From an uncultured Spirochaetota bacterium (GTDB lineage Bacteria > Spirochaetota > Spirochaetia > SZUA-6 > Fen-1364), in NCBI GenBank assembly GCA_963820525.1, contig CAWGAA010000001.1:1920001-1984000 (forward strand): a stretch of DNA of 64,000 bases, in the 5' to 3' direction. Below are positions 18,501-29,485 of the stretch, piece by piece; positions within the stretch are counted from its first letter, which is position 1; each line of letters opens with the position of its first letter. The position numbers and the translations under genes are program-made. Under the pieces are notes generated by a model. It was not told the DNA's origin, made no database searches, and was given only the letters and a program-made list of their open reading frames with translations.

Positions 18501-21230
18501 GGTGACGTAGCGCGCCTCCCCGGTGGTGAAATCCGTCTCCGCGATGTAGGAGTGCCACTGACGCTGTGACAGTCTCACCGTGACCTGCTTGCCCGCCAGG
18601 GGCTGTTCCGCGTGATCCAGAACCACGATCTGGGGCTTGATGACCTTGCTGTCCGTGAGGAAGCGGTCCACCTTGAGGCCGATGCTGAAGGGTGGAAGCG
18701 CGAAGACCTGCTTCACCGTGGTCACGCTCTGGCGGTCCGCGCCCAGGACGGTTGCCCGCGCCACGTAGCGGCCGGCGCGTCCGTCCCTCTCCGCGGCAGG
18801 ATTCACCTGGATCCTGGAGGATCCCTCGTCGTCCAGCGTGTCGCTCTTTCGAAGCGCCCCGGTGACGCCTGACGGCTCTCCCGAGGAGAACCGTTCGTCC
18901 GTGGAAAAGAGGAAGCCGGGATACGAGGGGCTGGAGATCGAGTAGGGGTAGCGCGTCACTTCCCAGTCCACCTGCTCTCCAACCACCCGTCCCCCCGAGT
19001 AGTAGTCAGCCGTGAGGGTGAGCACGAAGGGCCGGTCCAGCGGCACCTTTTCCGGGCCGGAGATGTTCGCCTCGAAGAGCGGGACGCGGTAGCTCTCCTT
19101 CCTGAACCTCACCGAGGCGAGGACCGTCTGGTCCTTCGCGTACCTGACGGAGGCGCCGTATTCGCCGGTGGGAAGATCCTTGTCCTGGAACTGCGCTGAA
19201 AACCTCCCGTTTCCCGCCAGCTCCGCTGGATACACCCATTCCCTGTCCCCCGGCCCGCGCACCGCCACTTCCAGCTTGCGGGAGCCCGCATACTTGAGGA
19301 TCCTGCCGTCCATCCTGTCCCTGACCCAGCCCACGATGTACACGAGATCCTCGGGCCGGTAGACGGGTCTCTCCGTCACGATATAGGCCTTGGTTGCTCT
19401 CTCGTGGCGCTGCTCCCGCGGGGCCGCCGTGAGCCAGGCGAGCCATGACGAGCTTCCCTGGGACCAATGGTTGTCGGCAAATGCGGGAGGCGGGTCTTGA
19501 GGGTTCAGCACCAGGATATCGGCGTCCTTTGACACGACGATCCGCGACGGTGAAAAGTTGAACCGCCTTGAATGCTGGTAGCGCAGCTGCCCGGAGGCGT
19601 CGGTCACGCCCGAGAACAGGGGGGCCATTCTGTCCGCGTTCCTCGCTTCCACGCGTACCGCGGCTCCGCTCACCGCCGCTCCCGTGAAGAGCGAGGTGAC
19701 GACGAAGACCACCGCGTTCTCTTCCTCTATGGTGCTCAAGCAGAGGTCCGTGACCGCCAGCCGCGCGTAGAACCTGGTGCTGCTGCTGTCCAGGCTCCGA
19801 TAGCCCACAAGGTACGTCCCGGGGCTCGCCTTCCCATACTTGGCGGCCAGCTCCCCCGCAAGGTCGATGCCGAACGCGCTTCGCCCGCTGTGCTCGCTTA
19901 TGGGAAGATCGAGGATCTTGGAGATATCGGGCGAGCCGAGGAGGCGGACCTGCTTGATGAGCTCGCGCCCATACTCGGGCTCCTCACCCGGCATCGGGGG
20001 GCGCGATTCCTCGTCGATGGAGATGGGCTGGCCGGGAAACGGCCAGAAGTTGAGGCTCTCCGGGTCTATCCTGTAGACGCGAAGGTCCACCCGCCCCATG
20101 CCCCTGCCCTCCATGGGGAGGAACTGGGGCCCGAAGCGCTCCGCGATTCCCTGGGCAGTCTTCCACACGAGGTACGGCTTGGACTGCTTGTAGTAGAAGT
20201 AGAACGATGCCCTGTCGAACGCGGAGAGCGCCCTTCCGCTGATGCTCCTGATCTCCTGATAGCCCGCCGTGATCCTGTACGCCTTGTCCCTCTCCGCCTC
20301 GAACCTCAGATACAGCCTCTGGCCGGAGACCTCGCAGACGAGGTTTCTCACCGCCGGCTCGAAGCTCACCAGCCGCTTGAGGGCCTCCACTCCGACGGGA
20401 GCGATGTCCTCGGAAAACTCCAGGAACAGGGGCTCGCTTCCCGTGCCGCAGTTCACGGCCTGGTCTATCGGATACGCGGCGCCGGAGGGCGTCACGGGAA
20501 ACCGTGCGCTTCCCGAGCCCATGCCGATAAGCCTGAACTCGGGCCGGGTCTGGAAGGTGTACTTCGCCACGGAATCGCGCAGGGACTCGTCGAGGGAGAG
20601 CTTGAGATAGAGGATGGCGTGCTTTCCATAGGGGATTTCATTCTTCAGCGTCACCAGGTAGGAGGCGCTCGTGGCCGTCTTGGAGCGCTCCAGCTGCCGG
20701 ACCGTGAAGTCGGCGTCCGACATCCACCAGGAGCCTTCCGTCGTGAGGCCGGGAAGCTGGCGAACCTCGAAGCGGATCATGCGTGCAAGGCTGTCGGTAT
20801 CAAGGACCGCCGGAAACGAAAGGGTGAAGGAGCGGATTGGCTCCAGGCCCATGCTCCCCGATGACGGGGAGACGGAGGAGGGAGGCACCATCATCGTCGA
20901 GAGCTTCGCGCTCCTGTCCTTTGCCTGGATGGTGAAGACCTTCAAGGCCGGCCAGGGCACGGCTGGAAGGAACTGGACTGTGCGCGGGTCCAGCCACCTG
21001 TATTCCCCGGCAAGGGCGGGGAGGACGCTCAAGTACCCGCCGGGACCGTCCGCCGGTCCGCCGCGGGCCGGGCCGACCTGCCTGTTGTAGAAGACCGTGA
21101 CCGGATCATAGCCGCGGAGAAAGCCGTCGGGAACGATCGTGGATCCCAGGGCGGAGTCATCGGCCCGGAGGCCGGCGGCGCAGGCCAGGAGGACCATGGA
21201 AATAACGACGATGGTGCGACTGCTCAACAT
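15499..21230 (-). pseudogene. Bacterial alpha-2-macroglobulin, split by one frameshift near 17332 (real or sequencing error)
   Basis: ORF 17220-21230 has TERPVYRP, VDKAVLAL, RKNFK, LPDNLT, LPRFVRP. ORF 15499-17271 has the thioester motif GCLEQ. The downstream frame is open back to about 17332 (AQAVRELTFNGRKAERLLFPMRVP). Confidence 0.85.
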
Positions 21231-21242
21231 GACGGGCCTACC

Positions 21243-24200
21243 TCATTCTTCCCTGTAGGACTTTATGACGTCGTCGGGGGTCTCGGTTCGGCTGCCCGAC
21301 AGGCCGTAGACGACGGGCGCGAAGCGCCGCGTCTCCCCCTTCGCTTCCACCAGGAGGTAATACAACCCAGGAGCAAGCTTCCTGATGAAAAGGGTCCCCT
21401 CGCCTATGGGCTTGAAGCGGGCGTCGAACAGCGCGGCGGAAAGGCCGTCGCTTTCGGCCCTGATTCCGGCGCCGATCTTTCCCGCCGCCTTCACCTCGAA
21501 GCGGTACAGGGCAAGCTCTCCCGGACCGAGGAGGGCGGGCGCGCCCTCCCCTTCCACGGCGACGGTGGTCGGCGCGAGGAGCGCGAGGCGCAGCGACCCT
21601 CCCTGGCCCGCTCCCCGGAAGGGCCGCGTGAACGCCATATAGGAGCCCTTGGGAAGCGAGGAGATTACGGTCCTGCCGCCAAGGCCCGCGGCCAGGCCGA
21701 GAAGCGCGCCGCTCCTGTCGTAGAGCGCCGTCACTCCGTCGGCATCGGAGCGCAGACACGCGATGGCGTCCTGGTCCAGGGAGAAGGTCCAGGATTGGGC
21801 CGCCTGCCCCAGCGTGACTCCCTCCACGGACAATGCCGATCCGGGCGCCCACGAATCCTTTGAAGCGAATGACGAGCGAAGATCCTCCGGCTTGGAGATC
21901 CACGCCTTGAGCGCTCCATGAGCGGTGGAGATCTCCAGCCGTCCTTTGCCGCCGGGAAACACCAGCACGGGGCCGAGATCGGTGCCCACTGATTGACCTG
22001 AGGTGATGCGGCCGTCGGCCTCGCTCAGGTACCGCGCATCTCCATGATCGCCCCAGAGGAAGAGGCGGGACTTCGGGTCGGCGGACACGGAGAAGGAGAG
22101 GTCCCGCTCGCCGGCAAGCACTGCCTCGAAGCCCTGCGCCTCGGTAAGGTCGGTCTGGGAGGCCGCCGCGCCCGACACGATGGAGCAGAGGGCGGGAGCG
22201 CTCGAATCGTTGACCACGACGATGGACCCTCCCTGGACTTCCATGATCCCGCTTGTGCTCGCTTCGGGGGCATCCACCACGCCGGCAGGCCTGCCGTTCC
22301 AGCCAAATGCCGTCATGCCTCGCTCCAGGGAGACGGAGAGCGCCTGGCGGGCGCCGTCCAGGGCAACAGCGGCCGCGGAGCCGGAAGGCACGCTTACGGT
22401 GAGCCTGCCGCTCTTGCCCAGTACGGTCTCGGAGACCACAGGGAAGAACCGGGCCGACACGGCGCGCCGCCGATCTTCCTGCCCGGAGCCGCAGTCCCAG
22501 AGCCTTCCGCGGAAGGAGCCGTCTCGAAGCCCGATCACGGTGGCAAGCTTGGTGACTCCGGCGCCTCGCCAGTCGAACGTGTCTGCTTTGTATGATCCGG
22601 CGGGAGAAGCCGAGAGGCCGATCTCCTGCCCCGCGTTGTCCGTGCGGATCAGCGCCGCCGTTCGCGGAGGAACCTGAACGCTGAAGACCTGGGGAACGCT
22701 GCCCACCACAACGGCGCCGGCCGTTCCGTCTCTGAGGGCGAGCGGGGAGATCTTCACACCTCCGACGGGGGAGCCGTCGGCGTGAAGGACCCAGCCCGTG
22801 GCCCCGGATGTGTTGACCGCCGCCTCGGTAAGAGGCCTGAAGGGGAGATTGAGGCCCGGCGAGTAGAGGAGCCTCCCCGCGGCGGGGGTGACGGTGAAGC
22901 TCGAGCCGTCCCGGTTTTCCAGCTGGACAACGGTTTCATTCACCGTCTGTGAGATTTCGCCGCCGCCAAGCGAGATCACCGCGGGACGCTCGGCGGTTAA
23001 ATGGAAGGCGACCTGCTTCTCTCCGACGCCGGAATGCCAGAAGCTCACCGAATAGTTCTCCCCCTGAGAAAGGGGAAGGAAAAGCGGGGCGGCGCCGGAA
23101 GCGATCACGCGCCCGCCGCGGCTTATGGATACCGAGATCGGCTCATCCGAGGCTGCCCAGAAGCGGTGCACTCCCGCGGTTTTCGCCGTGAAGGCCGCCG
23201 CTCCCACCTCGGTTGAAAGGTCCACCGTCACATCAAGCGTTCCGCCCGCCGATGAGAGGGCGCGTGTGTCGCGGGAGATGAGCGTTATCATGGGAGATCC
23301 GGCGGGCGCAGGCCCCAGCTCGGGAACCGCCTCGCTTCCGCCCCGGTCCTGGGCGCGGTACTCCCCGCCGCCCTCATCCTCGGAGACCGCGCCTTGATCG
23401 CTTCCTTGCTCGTCTCCGCCATCCTGGTACTCGCCCTCGCCATTGTCGTAGGCGCCCTGGTCTTCGGATTCGGAGTACTCGCCTTCCGACTGCGAGTCAG
23501 AATGCCTATCTTCCTCCGCGACGGGTTGGCCCCTCGAAGAGGAAGCTGAAGCGTCTTCCGCGGAGGACAGCGCCAGGGTGTATCTGCCCGCCTTGACGTT
23601 GGCCACGATCCTGAAGTTCCAGTCGTCGGGAATCTCCTCGGCTGTTGCCACGATTCTTCCCGATTGGTCCACCAGGACGGCCTGCATCTCCTGGGAGCCA
23701 TAGCTCCAGATGTCGATGTTCCCGTCCTTGCCCACCGTGACGGGGATGCTCGCCGGAAGCGAGCCCGGGGTTCGAGGCCCGCCCTCGTAGAGGTCCGCCG
23801 TGGCCACGGCAATGCTGTAGTTCTTGAGGTTGTCCTCCTCGATGCTGGACACCTGGATCCGGCAGGTTCCCGCGGGGAGCATGGCCTCGGAGTGCTCGCC
23901 GCCTCGGCCGTGATCCAGCACCTGGCCCTTCTCGTCGAGCACCCTGAAAAGCATTCCCTGAGAAATGTACAGGATTGCGTCGATGCTGGAGGGCAGGCTC
24001 AGGGTAAAGACGTCTTCGGGGCGGCCCTGGCTCTCGGTCCAGATCTTGCGGTAGGTGCGGTTGAGCCGGATGGAGAGGAGCTTGGCCTTTGGATCGTACG
24101 GGGCTTGATCCTGGCCCGCCCGCGCCGTCAGGGAGAGAAGGCGCCGGGTGGGAACGGGATCCATGGCCGACACGTAATGGTAGGTTCCGACGGGAAGTCT

Positions 24201-26675
24201 CCGGGCAAGCGTGCCGTTTCCAATGGGACTTCCCAGCGGCCAGGCGTCCGCGTCCTCGAACCTCCAGACGAATGAGCGTCCGAGGCCCAGGCACTCCAGG
24301 GAATAATCGGTTTCGCGGTCCACGCGCACGTCGGCCTTCAAGACGGAGCCGGCGGGCACGGTCTTTCTGAGGATGACCCCTTCGGAGAGCGTTCCCGCGA
24401 GGATGGTGCCGACGCGCTCGAGCGTCATTCCGGCCCGCCCCCTTGACGCGCCCTGCGCGCTCACGCGCACCATGTAGGCTCCCGGCCTGAGGTACGCCGT
24501 GACAACCGCGTTTCTGCCGTCCGCGTTCTGGGAAGCCGAGAAGAGGTCCGGCTTGAGGATGGTTCTGATGCCGATGCCCATGGCAAGCCGCCCCGCTGTG
24601 GCGATCCTGTACGGGCCCGGCTGCACCACCTTGAGGAGGAAGGTCGCGCTCTCGCCGCGCTCGAAGCTTTTCCACACGGCAACCCCTTCCGTGAAGGAGG
24701 GAAAGAGGGTTTCAAGCTCCGCCTTTTTCGGCTTCTCCAGGCCGGATGTCCGCTCCCGGGGGACCGCGGAGATCACGTGCCACGCTTCCTGGCCCGTCGG
24801 GTTGGAGAGAACAAGCTGGTGGCGGCCCGGCAGGACGGCTCCATCCGCCTTCCACGGGGAGCCGTCGATGCGGGCCGTCTGGCCGGAAAAAGTGGGGTTG
24901 ATCGAGGAGACCAGCTGTTCCGCGTCGTTCACGAATGGAAGGGTCATGCTGGCCCCGGCCTCAAGCCTGACGCACACGGGCTCCCTCAAGTCCAGGGGGA
25001 GGCGCCTCACGGTGACGCCCTGGGGGACCCTGCCGCGGGAGGCGATGATAAGCCACGTGGAGTCAGAGCCGGAGAGAACCGGGATTGAAGACCAGCTCAG
25101 GCCATTGACGGGCCGGGGAGGCTCTGCGGCGAGAAGCCTTGCCGAGTCTCCTCCGCCGACGATCGTCGTCGGCATGATGACGAAATCCAGAACGCCGCTT
25201 TTCACGGGAGAAATGGTGAGGATGTAGAGCTTGTCCTGGAGCCTGATCCTGCCGCCGCCGGCCACCTCGACGGGAGTCGCCCGTCCCCTTCCGGCAATCA
25301 TGTCGTCCATCAGCGTGAAGGCATATTTGGCGCCCACTGCTTTGGAATCCTTCTCCACCACCGCATAGAAACCGGCCTGCTCCACCCTGACGGCGAGGGA
25401 AACCGAGAAGAGGCTGTTCAAGCGGCGCCGGATGGGATGATTGGCGCCAAGGCTGGGAACCTGGATGCCCTTTGGCTCCAGCAGAACGCCTTTGTCGCGA
25501 TGAGTGCTGTCGACCACGAGCCCGCTCACGTCAATGGACTCCTCGCCTTCAGCCGCCCCGAGAACCGTGGCCAGGTAGTCCCGCGAATCCCTGTCGTAGC
25601 GCAGGGCCAGGCTGTCGAAGGGGTAGTTTCCGGAAAGAGTGGGGAACCAGCGGATCTCCACGGACTCTCCCGGCGGGCCCTGGAGAGTGAGCCACTGGGT
25701 CCGGTCGGAGACGCCCCCCGAAGCCGTCGCGCGGTAGGAGGATGACTTCTCATTGATCTCCGCCCGCGAGCTGGAGTCGAACCTGCTCGCTCCCGGGCTG
25801 TTTGCGGAGATGGCCATGCGATAGACCTTGTTGTTGCGGGATTCCATCTGGAAGAACCGGGCATTCCCCGAGACGAGGTAGCTCGCCAGGCCGCTCTCGC
25901 CAAAGGTGACGCTCATGACGCCCATCTCTCCGAGGTAGCGCCCCCCGCGGGTCATGGAAAACCTGTCCTTCCCCGTCTCCTTGGGCCATGACCTGCGCGG
26001 ACCGCCTGCAAACGTCACGAGGTAGAGCCCCGGGTCCATCCTCACGTTGAACTCGAGGCTCATCATGGGCATGCCCTTCTCGGGCTCGAACTCGCGCATC
26101 AGGGGACGAATGCCGGTATCCCACGCACCGTCGCGCCATACGACGGCGTCGGTGAGGTTCCTTCCGTGGGCCTCCAGCAGGAGCACGGGGTCCGACTCGT
26201 CTATCCTGACCCACCAGGAGAGAAGCTCGAAGTCGTGAAGCTCGCCCGAGACGCTCTGGATCTTCGCGAGCTCCGGCACGTCGAAGTCTTCCCTGCCCGC
26301 ATTTGCCACGGAGAATGCGCGCGCCGAAAGGGTGACGGCCTGCCCCTGGGGCTTTCCGATGCGGATCTTGTATTCGCCGGGCTCCAGGAACGAGTCGATG
26401 CGGCCCGCAACCGCATCCATGCCGGATGCCCGGCCATTGGTTGCCATGCTGCCGGCCATCCGGTCCACCAGCTCGAGGCTCGCCCCGAGCTTGCCCTGGG
26501 AGACGATGGCGTAGCGGCCCACCGTGGGCACGCGAAGAATCGTCTCCGCAGAAGCGCCGGGACCGGAGAAGAGGCTTGAATCGAGGGAAGGCGGAGCCGC
26601 CGCGAAGAGCGGAAAAGCCGTCAGAGCCAGGACAAACGCGGCCGCAATAGCGTTGGGGCGCGGACGTCGGATCAT
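21243..26675 (-). CDS. Large exported hypothetical protein (1810 aa) of repeated beta-sandwich-like modules
   Basis: Signal peptide; recurring PG.Y/G.Y module motifs; acidic linker; 12 bp upstream of the A2M gene. Confidence 0.75.
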   Translation of the reverse strand: MIRRPRPNAIAAAFVLALTAFPLFAAAPPSLDSSLFSGPGASAETILRVPTVGRYAIVSQGKLGASLELVDRMAGSMATNGRASGMDAVAGRIDSFLEPGEYKIRIGKPQGQAVTLSARAFSVANAGREDFDVPELAKIQSVSGELHDFELLSWWVRIDESDPVLLLEAHGRNLTDAVVWRDGAWDTGIRPLMREFEPEKGMPMMSLEFNVRMDPGLYLVTFAGGPRRSWPKETGKDRFSMTRGGRYLGEMGVMSVTFGESGLASYLVSGNARFFQMESRNNKVYRMAISANSPGASRFDSSSRAEINEKSSSYRATASGGVSDRTQWLTLQGPPGESVEIRWFPTLSGNYPFDSLALRYDRDSRDYLATVLGAAEGEESIDVSGLVVDSTHRDKGVLLEPKGIQVPSLGANHPIRRRLNSLFSVSLAVRVEQAGFYAVVEKDSKAVGAKYAFTLMDDMIAGRGRATPVEVAGGGRIRLQDKLYILTISPVKSGVLDFVIMPTTIVGGGDSARLLAAEPPRPVNGLSWSSIPVLSGSDSTWLIIASRGRVPQGVTVRRLPLDLREPVCVRLEAGASMTLPFVNDAEQLVSSINPTFSGQTARIDGSPWKADGAVLPGRHQLVLSNPTGQEAWHVISAVPRERTSGLEKPKKAELETLFPSFTEGVAVWKSFERGESATFLLKVVQPGPYRIATAGRLAMGIGIRTILKPDLFSASQNADGRNAVVTAYLRPGAYMVRVSAQGASRGRAGMTLERVGTILAGTLSEGVILRKTVPAGSVLKADVRVDRETDYSLECLGLGRSFVWRFEDADAWPLGSPIGNGTLARRLPVGTYHYVSAMDPVPTRRLLSLTARAGQDQAPYDPKAKLLSIRLNRTYRKIWTESQGRPEDVFTLSLPSSIDAILYISQGMLFRVLDEKGQVLDHGRGGEHSEAMLPAGTCRIQVSSIEEDNLKNYSIAVATADLYEGGPRTPGSLPASIPVTVGKDGNIDIWSYGSQEMQAVLVDQSGRIVATAEEIPDDWNFRIVANVKAGRYTLALSSAEDASASSSRGQPVAEEDRHSDSQSEGEYSESEDQGAYDNGEGEYQDGGDEQGSDQGAVSEDEGGGEYRAQDRGGSEAVPELGPAPAGSPMITLISRDTRALSSAGGTLDVTVDLSTEVGAAAFTAKTAGVHRFWAASDEPISVSISRGGRVIASGAAPLFLPLSQGENYSVSFWHSGVGEKQVAFHLTAERPAVISLGGGEISQTVNETVVQLENRDGSSFTVTPAAGRLLYSPGLNLPFRPLTEAAVNTSGATGWVLHADGSPVGGVKISPLALRDGTAGAVVVGSVPQVFSVQVPPRTAALIRTDNAGQEIGLSASPAGSYKADTFDWRGAGVTKLATVIGLRDGSFRGRLWDCGSGQEDRRRAVSARFFPVVSETVLGKSGRLTVSVPSGSAAAVALDGARQALSVSLERGMTAFGWNGRPAGVVDAPEASTSGIMEVQGGSIVVVNDSSAPALCSIVSGAAASQTDLTEAQGFEAVLAGERDLSFSVSADPKSRLFLWGDHGDARYLSEADGRITSGQSVGTDLGPVLVFPGGKGRLEISTAHGALKAWISKPEDLRSSFASKDSWAPGSALSVEGVTLGQAAQSWTFSLDQDAIACLRSDADGVTALYDRSGALLGLAAGLGGRTVISSLPKGSYMAFTRPFRGAGQGGSLRLALLAPTTVAVEGEGAPALLGPGELALYRFEVKAAGKIGAGIRAESDGLSAALFDARFKPIGEGTLFIRKLAPGLYYLLVEAKGETRRFAPVVYGLSGSRTETPDDVIKSYREE

Positions 26676-26782
26676 GGTTCGACCTCGTTATGGATGCGTG
26701 ATACATCGATTATACGCCCCAAAACGAGGTTTGTCAGGGATGGGACGGCTGGAGCCGCCAATTGGGCGGCGGCCCGGGCGGA

Positions 26783-28093
26783 CTAGAAGCCGACTTCCAC
26801 CGTGAGCTGGATGCTGCCAAGCGTTCCAGCGCTTCCCGTGCGCAGGGAGCCGAACTCGGTGCTCTCCGGCCCCAGGTACCAGGTGGCATCCAGGTTGATG
26901 GTGCAGTTCTCCACGTAGGAGCTTCCCAGCCCGGCCCTGAGGAGGGTGCTTCCATCCATCGGATTGACGAGCACGGTGGCCTGAGCCGAGAGCGAATCCG
27001 TGAAGGCGGAGACCCTGGTTGTAAGATTGGGCTGGGTGACGGAGAAGGCAAGGTTGTGCCTGTAGGCGGAGCCGCGATCGAAGAGGGGGGGATAGCCGGG
27101 AGCAGGCGGCGCCGGCAGGCTTTCAAGGCCGTCCTGCTGGTAGAGGTACTCGGCGACGATGTAGGTGTCCGTCACCGGGGCCTGCAGGCGCAGGCCGCCA
27201 AGGGCGCCGGTGGCCCATCCGTTCCATGCGGGATCCAGCTTGGAGTGCTCCCTGGCGGCGAACTCTCCGTGGAAGCTCAGGCCCGAGAGGATGGGTACTC
27301 CGGAGAAGATGTTGGCGTCGAACGAGCCGCCGGTGTTGAAGCCCTCGGGATCCGCGTAGAAGAATACGAGGTTGAGATCCACCCCGGGGATCAGCGCCGA
27401 GGTGGCGAGCTTGGCCGCGTAGCCCGTGGAGGAAAGCTTGTCATAGATGATTGCGGCCTGCTCGAAGGAGAACGCGGAGAGGTAGAGGCCGAGGTGCGCG
27501 CTCCACACGCCCTGACGCTGCTCTTCCGGCTGCGTGGGGTCCTTGGGAGGGTTGATGAAATCGGTCGGGTTGTGGAAGAAGCCGGTCCCCCATGCCATCC
27601 TGCGCTTTCCAGCCAGGAAGACGAGAGACTGGGACAGATCCGCCCGAAGCCATGCCTCGTTCAGCCAGCCGTCCAGGTTTTCGAGCAGGGTCGAATCGAG
27701 AGAGCTCGACAGCCCCGTCAAACCGCCCTCCGCGTCCAGGTGTGCCCGCGCCGCCTTGGAGGGGGCAAGCTCGACAACGCTTCGAATCCACAGCCGGTTT
27801 CCGGCCATGAGGGCGGCCGATGTGTCTGCGGGAAGTTGAGAGGAAAGCTCGTCGCGGATCCAGCCGGAGAACACGACGGACTGTTCGGTCGGGGGGACGG
27901 GCGCCTCCTGGAGGGCGGGCTCCTGTGCCGGGGTATCCGGCGCCGCCGCTTCCGCGGCCTCACTCGGTGCCGCCTGTTCCGCGGCCGGCTCGGCGGCCTC
28001 CTCGGCAGAGAGCGTGCCCGCGGCGCACAGCGCCAGCGTTATCGCCAGGATGAATACCGCAAAGCCGCGCGCGGCACCTGCTTGAGATTGCAT
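26783..28093 (-). CDS. Putative outer-membrane protein of the LolA-like/ABC operon
   Basis: Signal peptide, Ala/Glu/Pro linker, GK.R.AWG.G..NPTD motif, terminal Phe. Confidence 0.6.
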   Translation of the reverse strand: MQSQAGAARGFAVFILAITLALCAAGTLSAEEAAEPAAEQAAPSEAAEAAAPDTPAQEPALQEAPVPPTEQSVVFSGWIRDELSSQLPADTSAALMAGNRLWIRSVVELAPSKAARAHLDAEGGLTGLSSSLDSTLLENLDGWLNEAWLRADLSQSLVFLAGKRRMAWGTGFFHNPTDFINPPKDPTQPEEQRQGVWSAHLGLYLSAFSFEQAAIIYDKLSSTGYAAKLATSALIPGVDLNLVFFYADPEGFNTGGSFDANIFSGVPILSGLSFHGEFAAREHSKLDPAWNGWATGALGGLRLQAPVTDTYIVAEYLYQQDGLESLPAPPAPGYPPLFDRGSAYRHNLAFSVTQPNLTTRVSAFTDSLSAQATVLVNPMDGSTLLRAGLGSSYVENCTINLDATWYLGPESTEFGSLRTGSAGTLGSIQLTVEVGF

Positions 28094-29478
28094 TATGCCA
28101 CGGCCTCTGCCGCCTTGCGGGCTCCACCGGCCTCCCTGGCCAGCCTGCGCCGGCGCCGTTCGGCCATGAGCTCGCGCAGCGGGGAGATCTTCTTGAAGCG
28201 CTTGACAAGGGTGTCGGTAATGGGCTGGAAGTTGAGCCTGAGGGCAGGGCCCACCGTGGCAAAGATCGAGAAGACTAGGATCACGATGAAGCCGCTCGCC
28301 ACGTCCATTATTTTGAACTCGGGCCAGAAGCTCTCATTTCCCAGGGCGTAGCTCATCGGCCCGCCGCCCACGTAGATGCCCGTCGTCCCGAAGACTACGA
28401 CGTATGCTATTCCAATGGCCAGCGCCACGGCAAACGCCATCATGGTGAGGAAGAAGACCTCGCTGAAGATCACGACGTAGCAGCTCCACCTGCCGAAGCC
28501 CATGGCGCGCATGGTGCCGAACTCCCGCATCCGCTCGAAGAGGTTCATCCGAAGCGACGATCGCAGCCCCAGCGCGATGATGATCATCATCACGTAGACG
28601 AACATGGCAGACATGCTCTTCATTCCCTGGGCGTTTCTGGGGTAGAACACGGACGCGCTGTACCACCAGTCGCTTCCCAGGGGAAGCCCCGCATCCTTGA
28701 GCTGGCCATCGAGCTTTTCTGAAATCCGCTTTGCGGCTTGCGGGTTCTTGAGGAAGATCATGCAGACGTCGAAGAACGACTGGTCAGCGTCAAGCAGCAT
28801 GCGCGCATCGCGGTCCGACATGAATGCGTACCACGCGTCGTAGCCTGCCCGGTTCTTGTAGATCCCGCGCACGGTGAAGTCCAGAAGGTTCGCGGCCCCG
28901 TACACGCTCTTGATGGAGAGGCTCACCGTGTCTCCAACGGAAAGCTTCAGCTTCCTGGCGGTATCCTCACTCACCGTGATAGCGCCCGGCTCGTCGATCT
29001 CCAGCTTCCCGGCCTTCAGCTCTATGGTCTTGGTGGCCAGAAGGTGATCGCGGTGCTCGGGGGTGAGGTTGTACGTGCAGACTTGGTGCGTCACCCTGCC
29101 CTTGGTGATGTTTCCGAAGCGGGTGATCCTGCGGTCTATGTACGCGATCTCGTCTCCCACGGCGGAGAGCATGACGTCCAGGGCGGGGAGGGCCGCGACG
29201 CGCGCGGCACGTTCCTTCTGGTCGGGAAGCTCGGTCAAGAAATACTTGGCCGGATCGCTCATTTTCTTTCCCTTCAGCTCGGGCCCCACCACGTTGACCT
29301 CTCCGCTTTGAAGGTTGATGTAGCCCTTGATAACCTGGGTCTCCACGCCGTTCATGGTGAAATCGCTCAGGAAGAGCACGAGGGTGGAGATGAAAATGGT
29401 GGAGCCCACCAGGAGGGACCGTTTCCTGTTCTGTATGACGTTCCTGATCGCGATGCGCAACATCGGTCTCACAGACAT
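28093..29478 (-). CDS. ABC transporter permease (FtsX/LolE-like)
   Basis: IAIRNV..NRKRSLL, ERMREFGTMRAMG. Confidence 0.85.
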   Translation of the reverse strand: MSVRPMLRIAIRNVIQNRKRSLLVGSTIFISTLVLFLSDFTMNGVETQVIKGYINLQSGEVNVVGPELKGKKMSDPAKYFLTELPDQKERAARVAALPALDVMLSAVGDEIAYIDRRITRFGNITKGRVTHQVCTYNLTPEHRDHLLATKTIELKAGKLEIDEPGAITVSEDTARKLKLSVGDTVSLSIKSVYGAANLLDFTVRGIYKNRAGYDAWYAFMSDRDARMLLDADQSFFDVCMIFLKNPQAAKRISEKLDGQLKDAGLPLGSDWWYSASVFYPRNAQGMKSMSAMFVYVMMIIIALGLRSSLRMNLFERMREFGTMRAMGFGRWSCYVVIFSEVFFLTMMAFAVALAIGIAYVVVFGTTGIYVGGGPMSYALGNESFWPEFKIMDVASGFIVILVFSIFATVGPALRLNFQPITDTLVKRFKKISPLRELMAERRRRRLAREAGGARKAAEAVA

Positions 29479-29485
29479 TCTCCTT

